Source: Myxococcota bacterium (lineage in GTDB: Bacteria > Myxococcota_A > SURF-8). From it: 64,000 bases of DNA. The notes beneath the pieces are model-generated. The model had not been told where the DNA came from. It ran no database searches and worked only from the letters and a program-made list of their open reading frames with translations. The position numbers and the translations under genes are program-made. Positions within the stretch are counted from its first letter, which is position 1, and each line of letters begins with the position of its first letter. This document shows positions 40,613 through 50,437 of the stretch, one piece after another. The stretch is taken from contig OZ223209.1 of the NCBI GenBank assembly GCA_965140415.1, positions 4,896,001 through 4,960,000 of the forward strand, read 5' to 3'.

Positions 40613-41830
40613 CTAGTGACCGCCGCCGCCACCGGCCATGGTAAAGATCGGCATATACATAGCGATCATGATAAAACCGATGAGACCACCGAGTACGGAC
40701 ATCATCAAAGGTTCGATCATACTTGTCAGTGCATCGACAGCTGTATCGACTTCTTCATCGTAGAAATCGGCGATCTTGCCCAACATGGCATCCAATGCAC
40801 CGGTGGATTCACCGACGGCGATCATCTGCACGACCATCGGCGGGAAAACGCCTGTGGCCATCAACGGCTCGGCCATCGACTTACCCTCGGTGATCTTGGC
40901 TTTAACGTCTCGAATTCCCTTCTCAATCACCATGTTACCCGCCGTTTTTTCAACGACATCCAAGGCTTGTAGAATTGGAATACCAGAGGACACCATCGTT
41001 CCCAGGGTTCGGGAAAAACGTGCCACTGCCGTTTTCTGAATCAAACTTCCAATGACGGGCATTTTCAAGAAAATCATATCCATCACGAAACGTGTTTTCT
41101 GGACTTTCATAATCGTTTTCCAAACGACCACGATCGCTATAATGCCGAGAACAATGAAGTGAATATAATTAACGAACCACTCCGATATGTCCATAACCAA
41201 CTGGGTTGGTCCGGGTAGATTGCCGCCGGACAAATCTTTAAACATGGCAGCAAACGTTGGAATAACAAACACCATCATGATCAAAATAACGATAATCGTT
41301 ACGAATAAAACCACAACAGGATAGGTCAACGCACTCTTGATGCGCTTTTTCAAGTGCTCAGCCTTCTCGATGTAGCCTGCCAGACGTTCAAGAATGGTAT
41401 CCAGAATACCACCCAGCTCACCGGCGGAAACCAGAGAGACATACAACTCATCGAAAATATTGGGATGTCGCTCCAAAGCCGAGGCGAACGTGGAGCCGCT
41501 CTCAACGTCAGACTTGACCTGGTAAAGTACCTTCTGCATGACCTTATCGTCGTTCTGAGCAGCAAGAATATCCAAACCCTGCACCAACGGCAGACCGGCG
41601 TCGATCATGGTCGCAAACTGCCGGGTAAAAACGACCAGAGATTTGGGCTTCATCTTCGGTTCCATGCCCGGAATCTTGATCTCGACAGCACCCATGGATT
41701 TCTTCACGGACGAAGGCATGATCTGCTGCTGTTTCAGTCGCAGAATCACCGCATTTTCGTCAGGTGCTTCCATCGTCCCCTTTTTGATTTCACCCGTTCT
41801 CGTCTTGCCTTCCCACTTGAAGAATGGCAT
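40613..41830 (-). CDS. pilC: Type IV pilus platform protein PilC (GspF family)
   Basis: FTRQFATMIDAGLPL, GELGGILD, ALTYP, MIAVGESTGALD and AMYMPIF motifs. Confidence 0.97.
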   Translation of the reverse strand: MPFFKWEGKTRTGEIKKGTMEAPDENAVILRLKQQQIMPSSVKKSMGAVEIKIPGMEPKMKPKSLVVFTRQFATMIDAGLPLVQGLDILAAQNDDKVMQKVLYQVKSDVESGSTFASALERHPNIFDELYVSLVSAGELGGILDTILERLAGYIEKAEHLKKRIKSALTYPVVVLFVTIIVILIMMVFVIPTFAAMFKDLSGGNLPGPTQLVMDISEWFVNYIHFIVLGIIAIVVVWKTIMKVQKTRFVMDMIFLKMPVIGSLIQKTAVARFSRTLGTMVSSGIPILQALDVVEKTAGNMVIEKGIRDVKAKITEGKSMAEPLMATGVFPPMVVQMIAVGESTGALDAMLGKIADFYDEEVDTAVDALTSMIEPLMMSVLGGLIGFIMIAMYMPIFTMAGGGGGH

Positions 41831-41872
41831 CCTCGCCTCCTGGTCTACGTTTGGCTACCGGTCGAATATCTC

Positions 41873-42976
41873 TCAAAGATACTGCGATTTCTTCCCTTTA
41901 CTGGAAACGGGTCGTAAGCCCGCAATCATGTCTTTCAACTCATCCGGATCATGCGCCACCGTCATGGCATCTTCCAAGGTAATCAGGCGTTGCTGATACA
42001 GGCTGAACAGCGACTGCGACAGCGTCTGCATGCCGTGTTTACCTTGCCCCACCTGCATCTGACTGTAAATCTGATGCACCTTGTCATCGCGAATCAATGC
42101 CCGGATAGCTGCATTTGGAATCATTACTTCCAGAGCTAACACACGCCCGACCCCGCTGGCGCGTGGAATCAATGCCTGGGTCACGATGCCCGTCAGAACG
42201 AAACTCAACTGTGCGCGAACCTGGTCCTGCTGATGCGGCGGGAACATGTCGATGATGCGGTTGATGGTCTGCACTGCCGAATTGGTATGCAAGGTCGCAA
42301 AGACCAAGTGACCCGTTTCCGCAATCTGCAAGGTCGCTTCCACCGTCTCCAGATCGCGAATTTCGCCGATCAGAACGATATCGGGATCCTGGCGCAGAAT
42401 GTACTTGAGCGCCTTGGCAAACGAAGTTGTATCCGCTCCCACTTCACGCTGATTAACCAGCGAGTTTTTATGTGGATGCAAATACTCGATCGGATCTTCG
42501 ATGGTCAGAATATGGTTGTTTCGCTCGGTGTTGATCAGGTCCAGCAGGGAAGCCAATGTGGTGGTTTTTCCCGAACCGGTCGGTCCTGTAACCAGCACCA
42601 GACCACGCGACTTACGCGCAAGATCCGCCACGGTATTGGGTAGCCCCAGTTCCTGGAAACTCATGATTTTAAAAGGAATTGTTCTAAATGCGCCCGCCAC
42701 CGCGCCACGCTGCATAAACACATTGCCACGAAAACGGGAAAGCCCCTTAACGCCGAAAGAAAGATCCAACTCGTTTTCGGATTCAAACTTGGCTTTCTGG
42801 GATTCCGTTAGAATGGAATAGCACAGTTGTTTGGTCTCCGCCGGTGTCATCGGTGCGGTTTTCACCGGCACCAGGCGGCCATCGATACGCAACTGAGGCG
42901 GCGATCCGGTTGTAAGATGCAAATCACTTGCGCCTCGTTCGATCATGGTTTTCAATAACTGATGAAGGTTGACCAT
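41873..42976 (-). CDS. pilT: Type IV pilus retraction ATPase PilT
   Basis: ASDLHL, Walker A GPTGSGKTT, TIEDPIE, LRQDPD, AETGHLVFATLHT and AIRALIRD motifs. Confidence 0.97.
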   Translation of the reverse strand: MVNLHQLLKTMIERGASDLHLTTGSPPQLRIDGRLVPVKTAPMTPAETKQLCYSILTESQKAKFESENELDLSFGVKGLSRFRGNVFMQRGAVAGAFRTIPFKIMSFQELGLPNTVADLARKSRGLVLVTGPTGSGKTTTLASLLDLINTERNNHILTIEDPIEYLHPHKNSLVNQREVGADTTSFAKALKYILRQDPDIVLIGEIRDLETVEATLQIAETGHLVFATLHTNSAVQTINRIIDMFPPHQQDQVRAQLSFVLTGIVTQALIPRASGVGRVLALEVMIPNAAIRALIRDDKVHQIYSQMQVGQGKHGMQTLSQSLFSLYQQRLITLEDAMTVAHDPDELKDMIAGLRPVSSKGKKSQYL

Positions 42977-43056
42977 TCGGTTTCTTCTTTCACTGCATAC
43001 CCGACGTTCGATCTGACAGACTACGCGCCAGTACAAACCCCGGATTCATACAAGGA

Positions 43057-44769
43057 TCAATCCGGAGACGTATTTCTCAGCACTTCCTCAAACGAAGTAA
43101 CCTGTTCGCCCAGTTTAATCAATCCCGATTGCCGCAGAGTCTGCATGCCAAGGCGAATCGCCTCACGTTTCAATTCGACGGCGGATGCGCCATTGAGCAC
43201 GAAATCCTTCAATTCATCTTTAAACGGCATAACTTCGTACACCGCCACACGTCCGCGATATCCGGTGTTCGAACAGTTTTTACAACCGCGTCCCTTAACC
43301 GGCTCCACTTCCTCGGCTCGCTGCGGGTCCATGCCGGCATCGATGAGTTTTGAGATTGCCAGTTCCGTCGGCTCTTTGCATTCGGAACACACACGACGAC
43401 AGAGACGCTGGGCCATAACGCAGACAACGGATGCCACGACCAGGAACGGCTCAACACCCATGTTCAACAGACGCGAAATCGTACTGGGCGCATCGTTGGT
43501 ATGCAGAGTGGATAACACGACGTGGCCGGTCAACGCGGCCTTGATCGCAATTTCCGCCGTTTCAAAGTCGCGAATCTCACCGACCATGATGATGTCCGGA
43601 TCCTGCCGCAGGAAGGAACGCAGGCTGCTTGCGAAGTTCAAACCGATATCTTCATGCATATGCACCTGGTTGATGCCGCGCAACTGGAATTCGACCGGAT
43701 CTTCGGCAGTACAGATATTAACGTCTGCCGTGTTCAACTCGGTCATGGCCGAATACAAGGTCGTCGTTTTACCGGAACCGGTCGGGCCGGTAACGAGAAT
43801 CATTCCCCAGGGACGATGGATCGAGTCTTTAAAATCCGCCAACGGAGCCGGATCGAAACCGAGCTTGGTCATGTCCAACTGGAGGTTTTCCTTGTCCAGC
43901 AGACGAAGCACGACTTTTTCGCCGAAGAGCGTAGGCAGGACCGAAACACGGAAATCCATTTCGCGGCCTTTACCCAACTTCAATTTCATACGACCGTCCT
44001 GGGGCAGACGGCGTTCGGCGATATCCAGGTCGCTCATGATCTTCAAACGCGACACAATGGCGTTACGAAGTTTCATGGGCGGTTTCATCACTTCATAGAG
44101 CACACCATCAATACGGTAGCGCACGCGGAAGAACTTTTCGTACATTTCCACGTGAATATCGGAAGCCGTCTTTTTGATGGCGTCGATCAGCATCAGGTTG
44201 ACGAGTTTGATAACCGGTGCTTCTTCAGCCTGGTTTTCCAAGTCGACGATATTGACCGAATCCTCTTCCTCGTCTCCCTCGCCACCGACTTCGATTTCAT
44301 CTTCGTCGAAACCGTCGAGGATATCTTCGTAATCCTCGGTCTCTTCCTGCGAATAATAGAACTCGATCGCCTCTTTGATCGCCGATTCGCTGGAAACGAC
44401 TACTTCAACGTTGTAACCGGTCAGGAACTTGATATCGTCTACGGCGAAGATATTGGACGGATCGGCCATGGCGACGATCAACGAACTTGCGGCGCGGCTG
44501 ACCGCGACCACTTGATGTTTTTCCGCCACTTCACGCGGGATCAAACGAATCACCGCCGGGTCGATTTCGAAATCACCGAGGTTAATAGAAGGAACACCAT
44601 ACTGCTGACTTAAAAAATCGGTCAGGTCGCTTTCGGCCAGATACCCCAACTTCGTCAAGTTGTATCCTAGCCGCCCACCCTCCTGGGACTGCAAATCCTG
44701 CGCCTTTTTCAATTGGGCCAGAGTAATTACATTTTCGCGGACCAAAAGCTGGCCAAGTCGGTTACCCAT
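43057..44769 (-). CDS. pilB: Type IV pilus extension ATPase PilB
   Basis: MshEN-like N-terminus, ERRLPQDGR, GPTGSGKTT, LRQDPD, GEIRD, Zn tetracysteine CSEC/CKNC, GYRGR. Confidence 0.97.
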   Translation of the reverse strand: MGNRLGQLLVRENVITLAQLKKAQDLQSQEGGRLGYNLTKLGYLAESDLTDFLSQQYGVPSINLGDFEIDPAVIRLIPREVAEKHQVVAVSRAASSLIVAMADPSNIFAVDDIKFLTGYNVEVVVSSESAIKEAIEFYYSQEETEDYEDILDGFDEDEIEVGGEGDEEEDSVNIVDLENQAEEAPVIKLVNLMLIDAIKKTASDIHVEMYEKFFRVRYRIDGVLYEVMKPPMKLRNAIVSRLKIMSDLDIAERRLPQDGRMKLKLGKGREMDFRVSVLPTLFGEKVVLRLLDKENLQLDMTKLGFDPAPLADFKDSIHRPWGMILVTGPTGSGKTTTLYSAMTELNTADVNICTAEDPVEFQLRGINQVHMHEDIGLNFASSLRSFLRQDPDIIMVGEIRDFETAEIAIKAALTGHVVLSTLHTNDAPSTISRLLNMGVEPFLVVASVVCVMAQRLCRRVCSECKEPTELAISKLIDAGMDPQRAEEVEPVKGRGCKNCSNTGYRGRVAVYEVMPFKDELKDFVLNGASAVELKREAIRLGMQTLRQSGLIKLGEQVTSFEEVLRNTSPD

Positions 44770-45052
44770 CGTCGCCACCTTCCAAAACAAACGGGTGCAT
44801 AGGCAAAACGTAACTTTTTACTGTGAGTCGTCCGTGTTACATCAGAACGCGTTTTTGCCACGTGACTTTACACGGTCCTCGGATTGTACCAGAACCCCGC
44901 TTGCGAAGCAAGAAAACAGAAACAACTTAAAACACTTCCAAATCCCCCCCTCTTTTTAAGGATAGAAGCCATCTCACCTTCGTGTCGTTAGAAGCGGCAT
45001 TCTCGCTTCGAAAAAAAAGCGCAGATTTTCGTAAAAACTCTTAAATAAAAAC

Positions 45053-45081
45053 TTGACAACATATGCCGGTCTCCCTAGTAT
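45053..45081 (+). promoter_or_regulatory. sigma70 promoter of rplU-rpmA
   Basis: TTGACA-17 nt-TAGTAT with an A-rich UP-like tract upstream. Confidence 0.75.
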
Positions 45082-45123
45082 GAACCGCCTTTGAAGCGAA
45101 GACTTTGATAAGAGGTGAATGTC

Positions 45124-45435
45124 ATGTATGCGGTAATCAAAACCGGTGGTAAGCAATACAAAGTTGCGTCGGGCGACAAGCTCAAAATCGAAAAACTCTC
45201 CGGCGAAGCGGGCGATGAAGTCACGTTCGACGAAGTGTTGATGGTCAAAAACGAAGACAGCGTGTCCGTAGGACGCCCTTTGGTGGAAAACGCAAGTGTT
45301 TCCGCTAAGATCTTGCGTCAGGACAAGCATTCCAAGATCATCGTTTTCCACAAGAAACGGCGTAAGACGTTCTCGAAGAAGACTGGCCATCGTCAGCCCT
45401 TCACCGAGATCGAAATCACCGGGATCAACGCCTAA
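45124..45435 (+). CDS. rplU: 50S ribosomal protein L21
   Basis: MYAVIKTGGKQYKV...GHRQPFT; GAGGTG SD. Confidence 0.98.
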   Translation: MYAVIKTGGKQYKVASGDKLKIEKLSGEAGDEVTFDEVLMVKNEDSVSVGRPLVENASVSAKILRQDKHSKIIVFHKKRRKTFSKKTGHRQPFTEIEITGINA

Positions 45436-45450
45436 GAAAGGAGTGACGTT

Positions 45451-45723
45451 ATGGCTCACAAGAAATCGGGCGGTAGCGCCAAGAACGGTCGCGATAGCGC
45501 GGGACAACGCAGAGGCATCAAGCGTTACGACGGACAGTTCGTCTCCGGTGGCAGCATTTTAGTGCGTCAGCTGGGCACCAAGATCCATCCCGGAACCAAT
45601 GTCGGCCTTGGCAAAGATTACACTCTGTATGCCAAAATCGACGGCTATGTGAAATACGAAAACTTCGGTAAAGGCAAAAAACGGGTAGCCATCTATCCGG
45701 AAATGCCGGTCGTCAACAGCTAG
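45451..45723 (+). CDS. rpmA: 50S ribosomal protein L27
   Basis: [16 protein letters not shown]...[15 protein letters not shown]. Confidence 0.98.
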   Translation: MAHKKSGGSAKNGRDSAGQRRGIKRYDGQFVSGGSILVRQLGTKIHPGTNVGLGKDYTLYAKIDGYVKYENFGKGKKRVAIYPEMPVVNS

Positions 45724-45744
45724 ACCTTCACCGATCGAGTTCTC

Positions 45745-45775
45745 AAGGCGAGCCACTGCGGCTCGCCTTTTTTTT
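45745..45775 (+). terminator. Intrinsic terminator of rplU-rpmA
   Basis: AAGGCGAGCC-ACTGC-GGCTCGCCTT stem followed by a T-tract. Confidence 0.9.
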
Positions 45776-45812
45776 ATAACTATCTCCTTAATCTAACTTA
45801 GAATTTAGTATT

Positions 45813-45943
45813 GCTCAAGCAATGGATCAGGATTGTATCCTGATCCGAAACGTTACGAGCGGGATTGCAATCCCGCTCGATGCTGAGCTTGATATAATGC
45901 GTTTTAGCCCCAAACAACAAACGGCGGGTCAAATGACCCGCCG
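45813..45943. repeat. Cluster of REP-like palindromes
   Basis: GGATCAGGAT-TGT-ATCCTGATCC (45824-45846), perfect 24-bp palindrome CGAGCGGGATTGCAATCCCGCTCG (45856-45879), CGGCGGGTCA-AA-TGACCCGCCG (45922-45943). Confidence 0.7.
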
Positions 45944-45973
45944 CAGAGAACACAACCGTTTGTTTTTAATAGA

Positions 45974-47647
45974 TTATCTACCAAAGATGCGTCGGCGCAA
46001 CCCCAACACAGCCAAGGCCAGCAACAGCATCATCGCAACAGGATAGGATGTGCTCTGGCAGCCGCTGCCGCCATCTTCACCACTGCCGTCGCCATCGGTG
46101 TCACTAGTCGCGAAACAGACATTACCGGACAATTCCGTACCGTTCGGGCAGGCTTCGCACAACCCAGCCGAGGTACAACGATGATTGATCGGACATTCGG
46201 CGGGCGAGGTGCAACCGGTGCGTCCATTGCCACCATCGTCTACGTCGCCATCGGTGGTCACGGTATCGCCATCCTCCGGCTCGGAATCATCCTTGCAAAC
46301 GCCGTTGACGCAGTATTTTTTACTGGAAGAGCAATCTTCCCCAAACATCCACGAACCACCATCACAACGCTCCACAACATCTTCATTCTCAGGGCTGCAA
46401 CGCGCTTGTCCCGCCTGGCAATCCGTGGGGTTTGACTGATCGACACAAACTCCTTCTTCGCAAAGGAAATCGCCCGTACAAGCTTCCTTGAACAGCCAGT
46501 CGCCGTTCTGATCGCATTCCTCGACGGTATAGATCGTCCGGCAGCGCAATTCGCCGGTGGCGCAATTGGGATCACCGCTATCGCCATCCGTCGGACCGCC
46601 GCCATCCAGGCTGCAATCCATGGTAGCCAAACCATCGGTTTGATTGACGAACCACTGCTCGAAGGCCGTGCGCAGGCTTTCCAGTTTGGATAGATCGCCC
46701 GCATTGGCGGAAGAGCCTTCCGGCGTCACGAGAATAAACGCGCAGCGGAAATCGGTCTGGGCGCTGTTCATGTCCACGGTACCATTGGCGGCGGTGACGT
46801 CTGACATGGTGAAATCCACCTGGGTTCCGGTGAAATAGCTGCCACCCGGATCGGGCGGATCCGTTTTATTATGTTTGCTGGCACCCGTAATGTAATACAG
46901 TTCGTCCACGTCTTCCGGTGGAACCAGGCCCATCAGATACAGATCCAACGGACTCAAAATGCGGTTATTGGTTAGAGCGGAAAACTCTCCCGGTCCTAAG
47001 TGCGTATCGAACATATTCCCGCCAAGCACCGAACCCTGGGTTTGCAGAAAATAGCTCCAGTATCCATTGCCACCCAGCATCGCCGACGAATCACCGGTAT
47101 TGAGGGTGAGATAGGCTCCCCAGTAGCGCATCATGGCGCGTCCCAGCATCTCCACCTGCGAGTGCGCCGCGATTTCCTTGTCCACACCGAAATTGTAAAC
47201 CACATAAGCGGAGTACGGATCGCTGGTGTAATTGCTGGTCGCGTACATATCGCCGATAACTTTCAACCGGCTGTTGGCGGTAACACCGAAGGTCGTCGGA
47301 TCGTAGGAAGGATTCGGCGCATTGGTTCCGCTGGGCGCACGCGAGATCGGATACGCATCCGGCAGATAGCCGGAATCCATCAGGGAACTGGCGGTCTGCA
47401 TGAATACGAACAGGAAATCGAAGTCATCTTCGTATCCCAACTGGTTGTAGAAAACGGAGGCGGCAATCTGCATGTTGCCCACACCGATTTTGGCGTTTGG
47501 AATAATGTAATGGCCAACATCATTGACCACGGCAATGTTCCCTGCGGCAATCGCGGATGAAGGTCCACTGATCATCATACAAGCGGCAGCCATAGTCAGT
47601 AAAATCCACCGACCGATCCCTAATCGCTTTAACATAAGCTGTTGCAT
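45974..47647 (-). CDS. MYXO-CTERM sorting-domain surface protein with a metalloprotease-like N-domain and Cys-rich repeats
   Basis: Signal peptide; SPLDLYLMGL motif; Cys-rich modules; C-terminal GGSGC...MLLLALAVLGLRRR. Confidence 0.8.
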   Translation of the reverse strand: MQQLMLKRLGIGRWILLTMAAACMMISGPSSAIAAGNIAVVNDVGHYIIPNAKIGVGNMQIAASVFYNQLGYEDDFDFLFVFMQTASSLMDSGYLPDAYPISRAPSGTNAPNPSYDPTTFGVTANSRLKVIGDMYATSNYTSDPYSAYVVYNFGVDKEIAAHSQVEMLGRAMMRYWGAYLTLNTGDSSAMLGGNGYWSYFLQTQGSVLGGNMFDTHLGPGEFSALTNNRILSPLDLYLMGLVPPEDVDELYYITGASKHNKTDPPDPGGSYFTGTQVDFTMSDVTAANGTVDMNSAQTDFRCAFILVTPEGSSANAGDLSKLESLRTAFEQWFVNQTDGLATMDCSLDGGGPTDGDSGDPNCATGELRCRTIYTVEECDQNGDWLFKEACTGDFLCEEGVCVDQSNPTDCQAGQARCSPENEDVVERCDGGSWMFGEDCSSSKKYCVNGVCKDDSEPEDGDTVTTDGDVDDGGNGRTGCTSPAECPINHRCTSAGLCEACPNGTELSGNVCFATSDTDGDGSGEDGGSGCQSTSYPVAMMLLLALAVLGLRRRIFGR

Positions 47648-47940
47648 TGTTTCCGTACTCCTGGATTTGCTCCATTACCGGTAAATGGTAAGCCGTGACG
47701 AGTCGAGCATAGTCAAACACCTAACGTAGCCTGATATCATACGATTAATGGCTCGTCAAATCAATCTTTCCAGTCTGTTTACCACATTTTTTGGCAACTT
47801 TTTCTTTTGCGAAAATAGAAGAATGAATGGGAACTTAAAATCGCACGATTCGATCACATTCCTTTTCTGCCAACCCTACTGAAAATGTGATATAATTCCC
47901 AAAAGGTAGGAACGAATCCAACTCGGGAGGAAGTGAACCG

Positions 47941-48672
47941 ATGCGAAACGGTAGCCTTTTGATCGTCTTATTGGTTGTGTTCTGGATGTCCGCTTGTAGC
48001 AGTTCGTCAGAATCAGCGTCTGTCAATCTCAATGAACAACAAGCGGATGGCGACACGCAACCGGCCATCCCGGAACCGATTCCGACTCCCGAGCCACCAC
48101 CACTGCTGCCTCCGTTGGAAGAAGGAGAAAGTCTGGACAGCCTGATGCAGCGCCAACAACAAGCCAAGCGCCAAGCGCCTCCACAGCCGCCGGAAAGCCG
48201 TGAAACCACCTATTTGTATTGCTGGAAGGATGAAAAGCAAACGGAACACTGTGTAAGTGAAGAAAGCGATATTCCAAAACAATACCTGGAAAACACCCGC
48301 AGAATCCGACGTGGTCCGTCTACGCATCGAGGTCCAAATGACCGACCTGTCACTCCGGAAGAAATAATGAAGGAGGATATCGGGCAACAGATCGAAACCC
48401 AACGCGAACAATATCGGCAACGTTACAAGGCATTGGTCGTTCGTTTGGAACAAGCCAGAAGCAAATATCAGCTCATGAAAGACAATCCACCTGCCTGCGC
48501 AGCAGTGATAGATCCGCGTCTCGCCGGAGAAAACTACGATCCCAATTGCGAGCAAAATTACAAGAAAGGCTTGCAACAAGCCAAAGCGCAAGTCGAGCAG
48601 GCAGAGAAAAACATCGAAGACCTGCGCGACGAAGCCCGCAGAAACAGTATCCCACCGGGGTATTTGCGCTAG
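47941..48672 (+). CDS. Lipoprotein with DUF4124-like domain and coiled coil
   Basis: Lipobox MSA-C; LYCWKDEKQTEHCVSEESDIPKQY resembles DUF4124; ends ARRNSIPPGYLR. Confidence 0.65.
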   Translation: MRNGSLLIVLLVVFWMSACSSSSESASVNLNEQQADGDTQPAIPEPIPTPEPPPLLPPLEEGESLDSLMQRQQQAKRQAPPQPPESRETTYLYCWKDEKQTEHCVSEESDIPKQYLENTRRIRRGPSTHRGPNDRPVTPEEIMKEDIGQQIETQREQYRQRYKALVVRLEQARSKYQLMKDNPPACAAVIDPRLAGENYDPNCEQNYKKGLQQAKAQVEQAEKNIEDLRDEARRNSIPPGYLR

Positions 48673-48812
48673 AGAAGCCACTCTATCCATTAGAACCGAA
48701 ATGCATTCTTTTCTTTGCTTGTAGACAACCTCCGCCCTTTTTGTTATTGTTACACTACACAATATATTGCACAACATCGTAGCGATAACCTTTGATTGAT
48801 GGAGGGCGTCCC

Positions 48813-50075
48813 ATGACCCGAAGGATGGCGTATTGGTTGTTTCCGTGTGCATTCTTGCTGCTGATCTGCATGCTGTTGGTGTCATGCGGTTCCGATGACA
48901 ATCCACAAAATAGCGATGGCGATAGCGACGACATCGACGGCGATAGCGACGCAGTACAGTCGGAACCGACCTTGGCCGAAGAATTGGGGCTTACCGACTA
49001 TGTCGGACAAATCACTCCCATCGAGCATGCCCGCGAAGCGGAGGAAACCACCTACCGTTTCGACCCGGAGCAGGGACCGATCTGCATGCGTGGCGCAGAG
49101 TATAAAGTCGGCGTACGCGATCTCGGCTCGGACGATCTATTCATCTTCCTGCAAGGTGGCGGTGCCTGTTGGTCCGCATTCTGCCTGGCCGTCACCGGCG
49201 CGCCCGACGGCGTCCCACGAGTGGACGTACTCGACCCGGAAATGACTACCAATCCGGTAGCGGACTGGAATGTGGTTTACCTTCCCTATTGCGACGGCTC
49301 CTTCTTCGTCGGCGAGGCCGAACACGATGACAATATCAACGGCTTGGGCAAACGCATCCACAAAGGCTTGGCCAATCTGACCGCCGGGCTGGAAGTCGCC
49401 AAACTGCGTTTCCCCGACCCGGCACGCATTCTATTAGCGGGCAGTTCCGGCGGGGCCTACGGTTTGTTACTGGCAGGACCACTGGTGCGGCATTATTACC
49501 CGGATGTCGAGTTGATCATGATGGCGGATTCGGGCATCGGCCTTGCACGCGACGGCGAACCGGAATACTTGAACATCGCCCTGGAAGAATTCAATGTACA
49601 GCGGCTCTTCCCCGAAGACTGTGATACCTGCGTTGCGGACGGGCACATCACCGGTATGCTGGGCTATTTCCTGGAACACGATTCCCAGGTGCGAGTGGGG
49701 ATGTTCTCCTCCTGGTACGATTCCGTGCTGGCGACCATCTTTCTACAGGTTCCCGGCGAGCAGTTCGCCAAAGGATTGAAAGAACAGACCGACCGCATTC
49801 ACGAATTGTACCCGGATCGTTTCCACCGCTTCATCATCGATGGCAAACAGCATACGGCCCTTTTAGGAGATCCCAACGGCATCATCGGCTCGGACCTGAT
49901 GGCGGTGGAGTTGCCCGAAGGTGGACTGCAAAACCTGATGGACAACGTCCAAATCGGCGGTATGGACGACACCCAGATCGAGGGACAGTCCATATCCGAC
50001 TGGCTGGGCGGCTTGATCGACAACGATTCAGACGTTTGGAAGGATCAACAGGAAGAACGCGGAGAATTTTTCTGA
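48813..50075 (+). CDS. Pectinacetylesterase-family (alpha/beta hydrolase) lipoprotein
   Basis: Lipobox LVS-C; FLQGGGACW, YLPYCDGS, nucleophile LAGSSGGAYG, ADSG; GGAGG SD. Confidence 0.8.
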   Translation: MTRRMAYWLFPCAFLLLICMLLVSCGSDDNPQNSDGDSDDIDGDSDAVQSEPTLAEELGLTDYVGQITPIEHAREAEETTYRFDPEQGPICMRGAEYKVGVRDLGSDDLFIFLQGGGACWSAFCLAVTGAPDGVPRVDVLDPEMTTNPVADWNVVYLPYCDGSFFVGEAEHDDNINGLGKRIHKGLANLTAGLEVAKLRFPDPARILLAGSSGGAYGLLLAGPLVRHYYPDVELIMMADSGIGLARDGEPEYLNIALEEFNVQRLFPEDCDTCVADGHITGMLGYFLEHDSQVRVGMFSSWYDSVLATIFLQVPGEQFAKGLKEQTDRIHELYPDRFHRFIIDGKQHTALLGDPNGIIGSDLMAVELPEGGLQNLMDNVQIGGMDDTQIEGQSISDWLGGLIDNDSDVWKDQQEERGEFF

Positions 50076-50102
50076 GCCATTGCCTAGAATGTAAGCTTCG
50101 GT

Positions 50103-50230
50103 GGGTGGCACGGGCTAAGCCGTAGGCTTGCCCGTGAGCTGTATGGGCAGGCATGATGTGCCATGACGGGTGGCACGGACTAAGCCGTAGGCTTGCCCGT
50201 GAGTTGTATGGGCAGGCATGATGTGCCATG
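50103..50230 (+). repeat. Tandem duplication, 65-bp period, of a REP-like hairpin unit
   Basis: GGGTGGCACGG(G/A)CTAAGCCGTAGGCTTGCCCGTGAG(C/T)TGTATGGGCAGGCATGATGTGCCATG at 50103 and 50168, 2 mismatches. Confidence 0.9.
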
Positions 50231-50354
50231 GTCTCACGGAATGGAAATTCCGGGAGGCCGTGTGTAACTTGTTGATAATAAACAGCCTTCTACGATCTTC
50301 GATCGCGTAAGACTATGCACAAAATCTTCAAGTTAGTGGCTGAAAATGATTAAG
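50217..50354 (+). repeat. Dispersed ~138-bp intergenic repeat, copy 1
   Basis: Reverse complement of 57886-58024; 50221-50270 is identical to the other copy. Confidence 0.9.
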
Positions 50355-50385
50355 GACCCGTATAACTCCCCAGAAAAACCCCACT

Positions 50386-50412
50386 AAAAAACGGCGGGCT
50401 TGCGCTCCGCCG
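50386..50412 (-). terminator. Intrinsic terminator of the glycosyltransferase gene
   Basis: Minus strand CGGCGGAGC-GCAA-GCCCGCCG-TTTTTT. Confidence 0.75.
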
Positions 50413-50437
50413 CTATGAAAGACATCGCCGTGAATGC

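Noticed and set aside
44974-45507. 177-aa minus-strand ORF
   Set aside because: Antisense to rplU/rpmA
45724-45973. Absence of obgE after rplU-rpmA
   Set aside because: This linkage is variable across bacteria and a clear terminator follows rpmA; not notable
50103-50230. CRISPR array
   Set aside because: Two near-identical 65-bp units with no unique spacers and no cas genes
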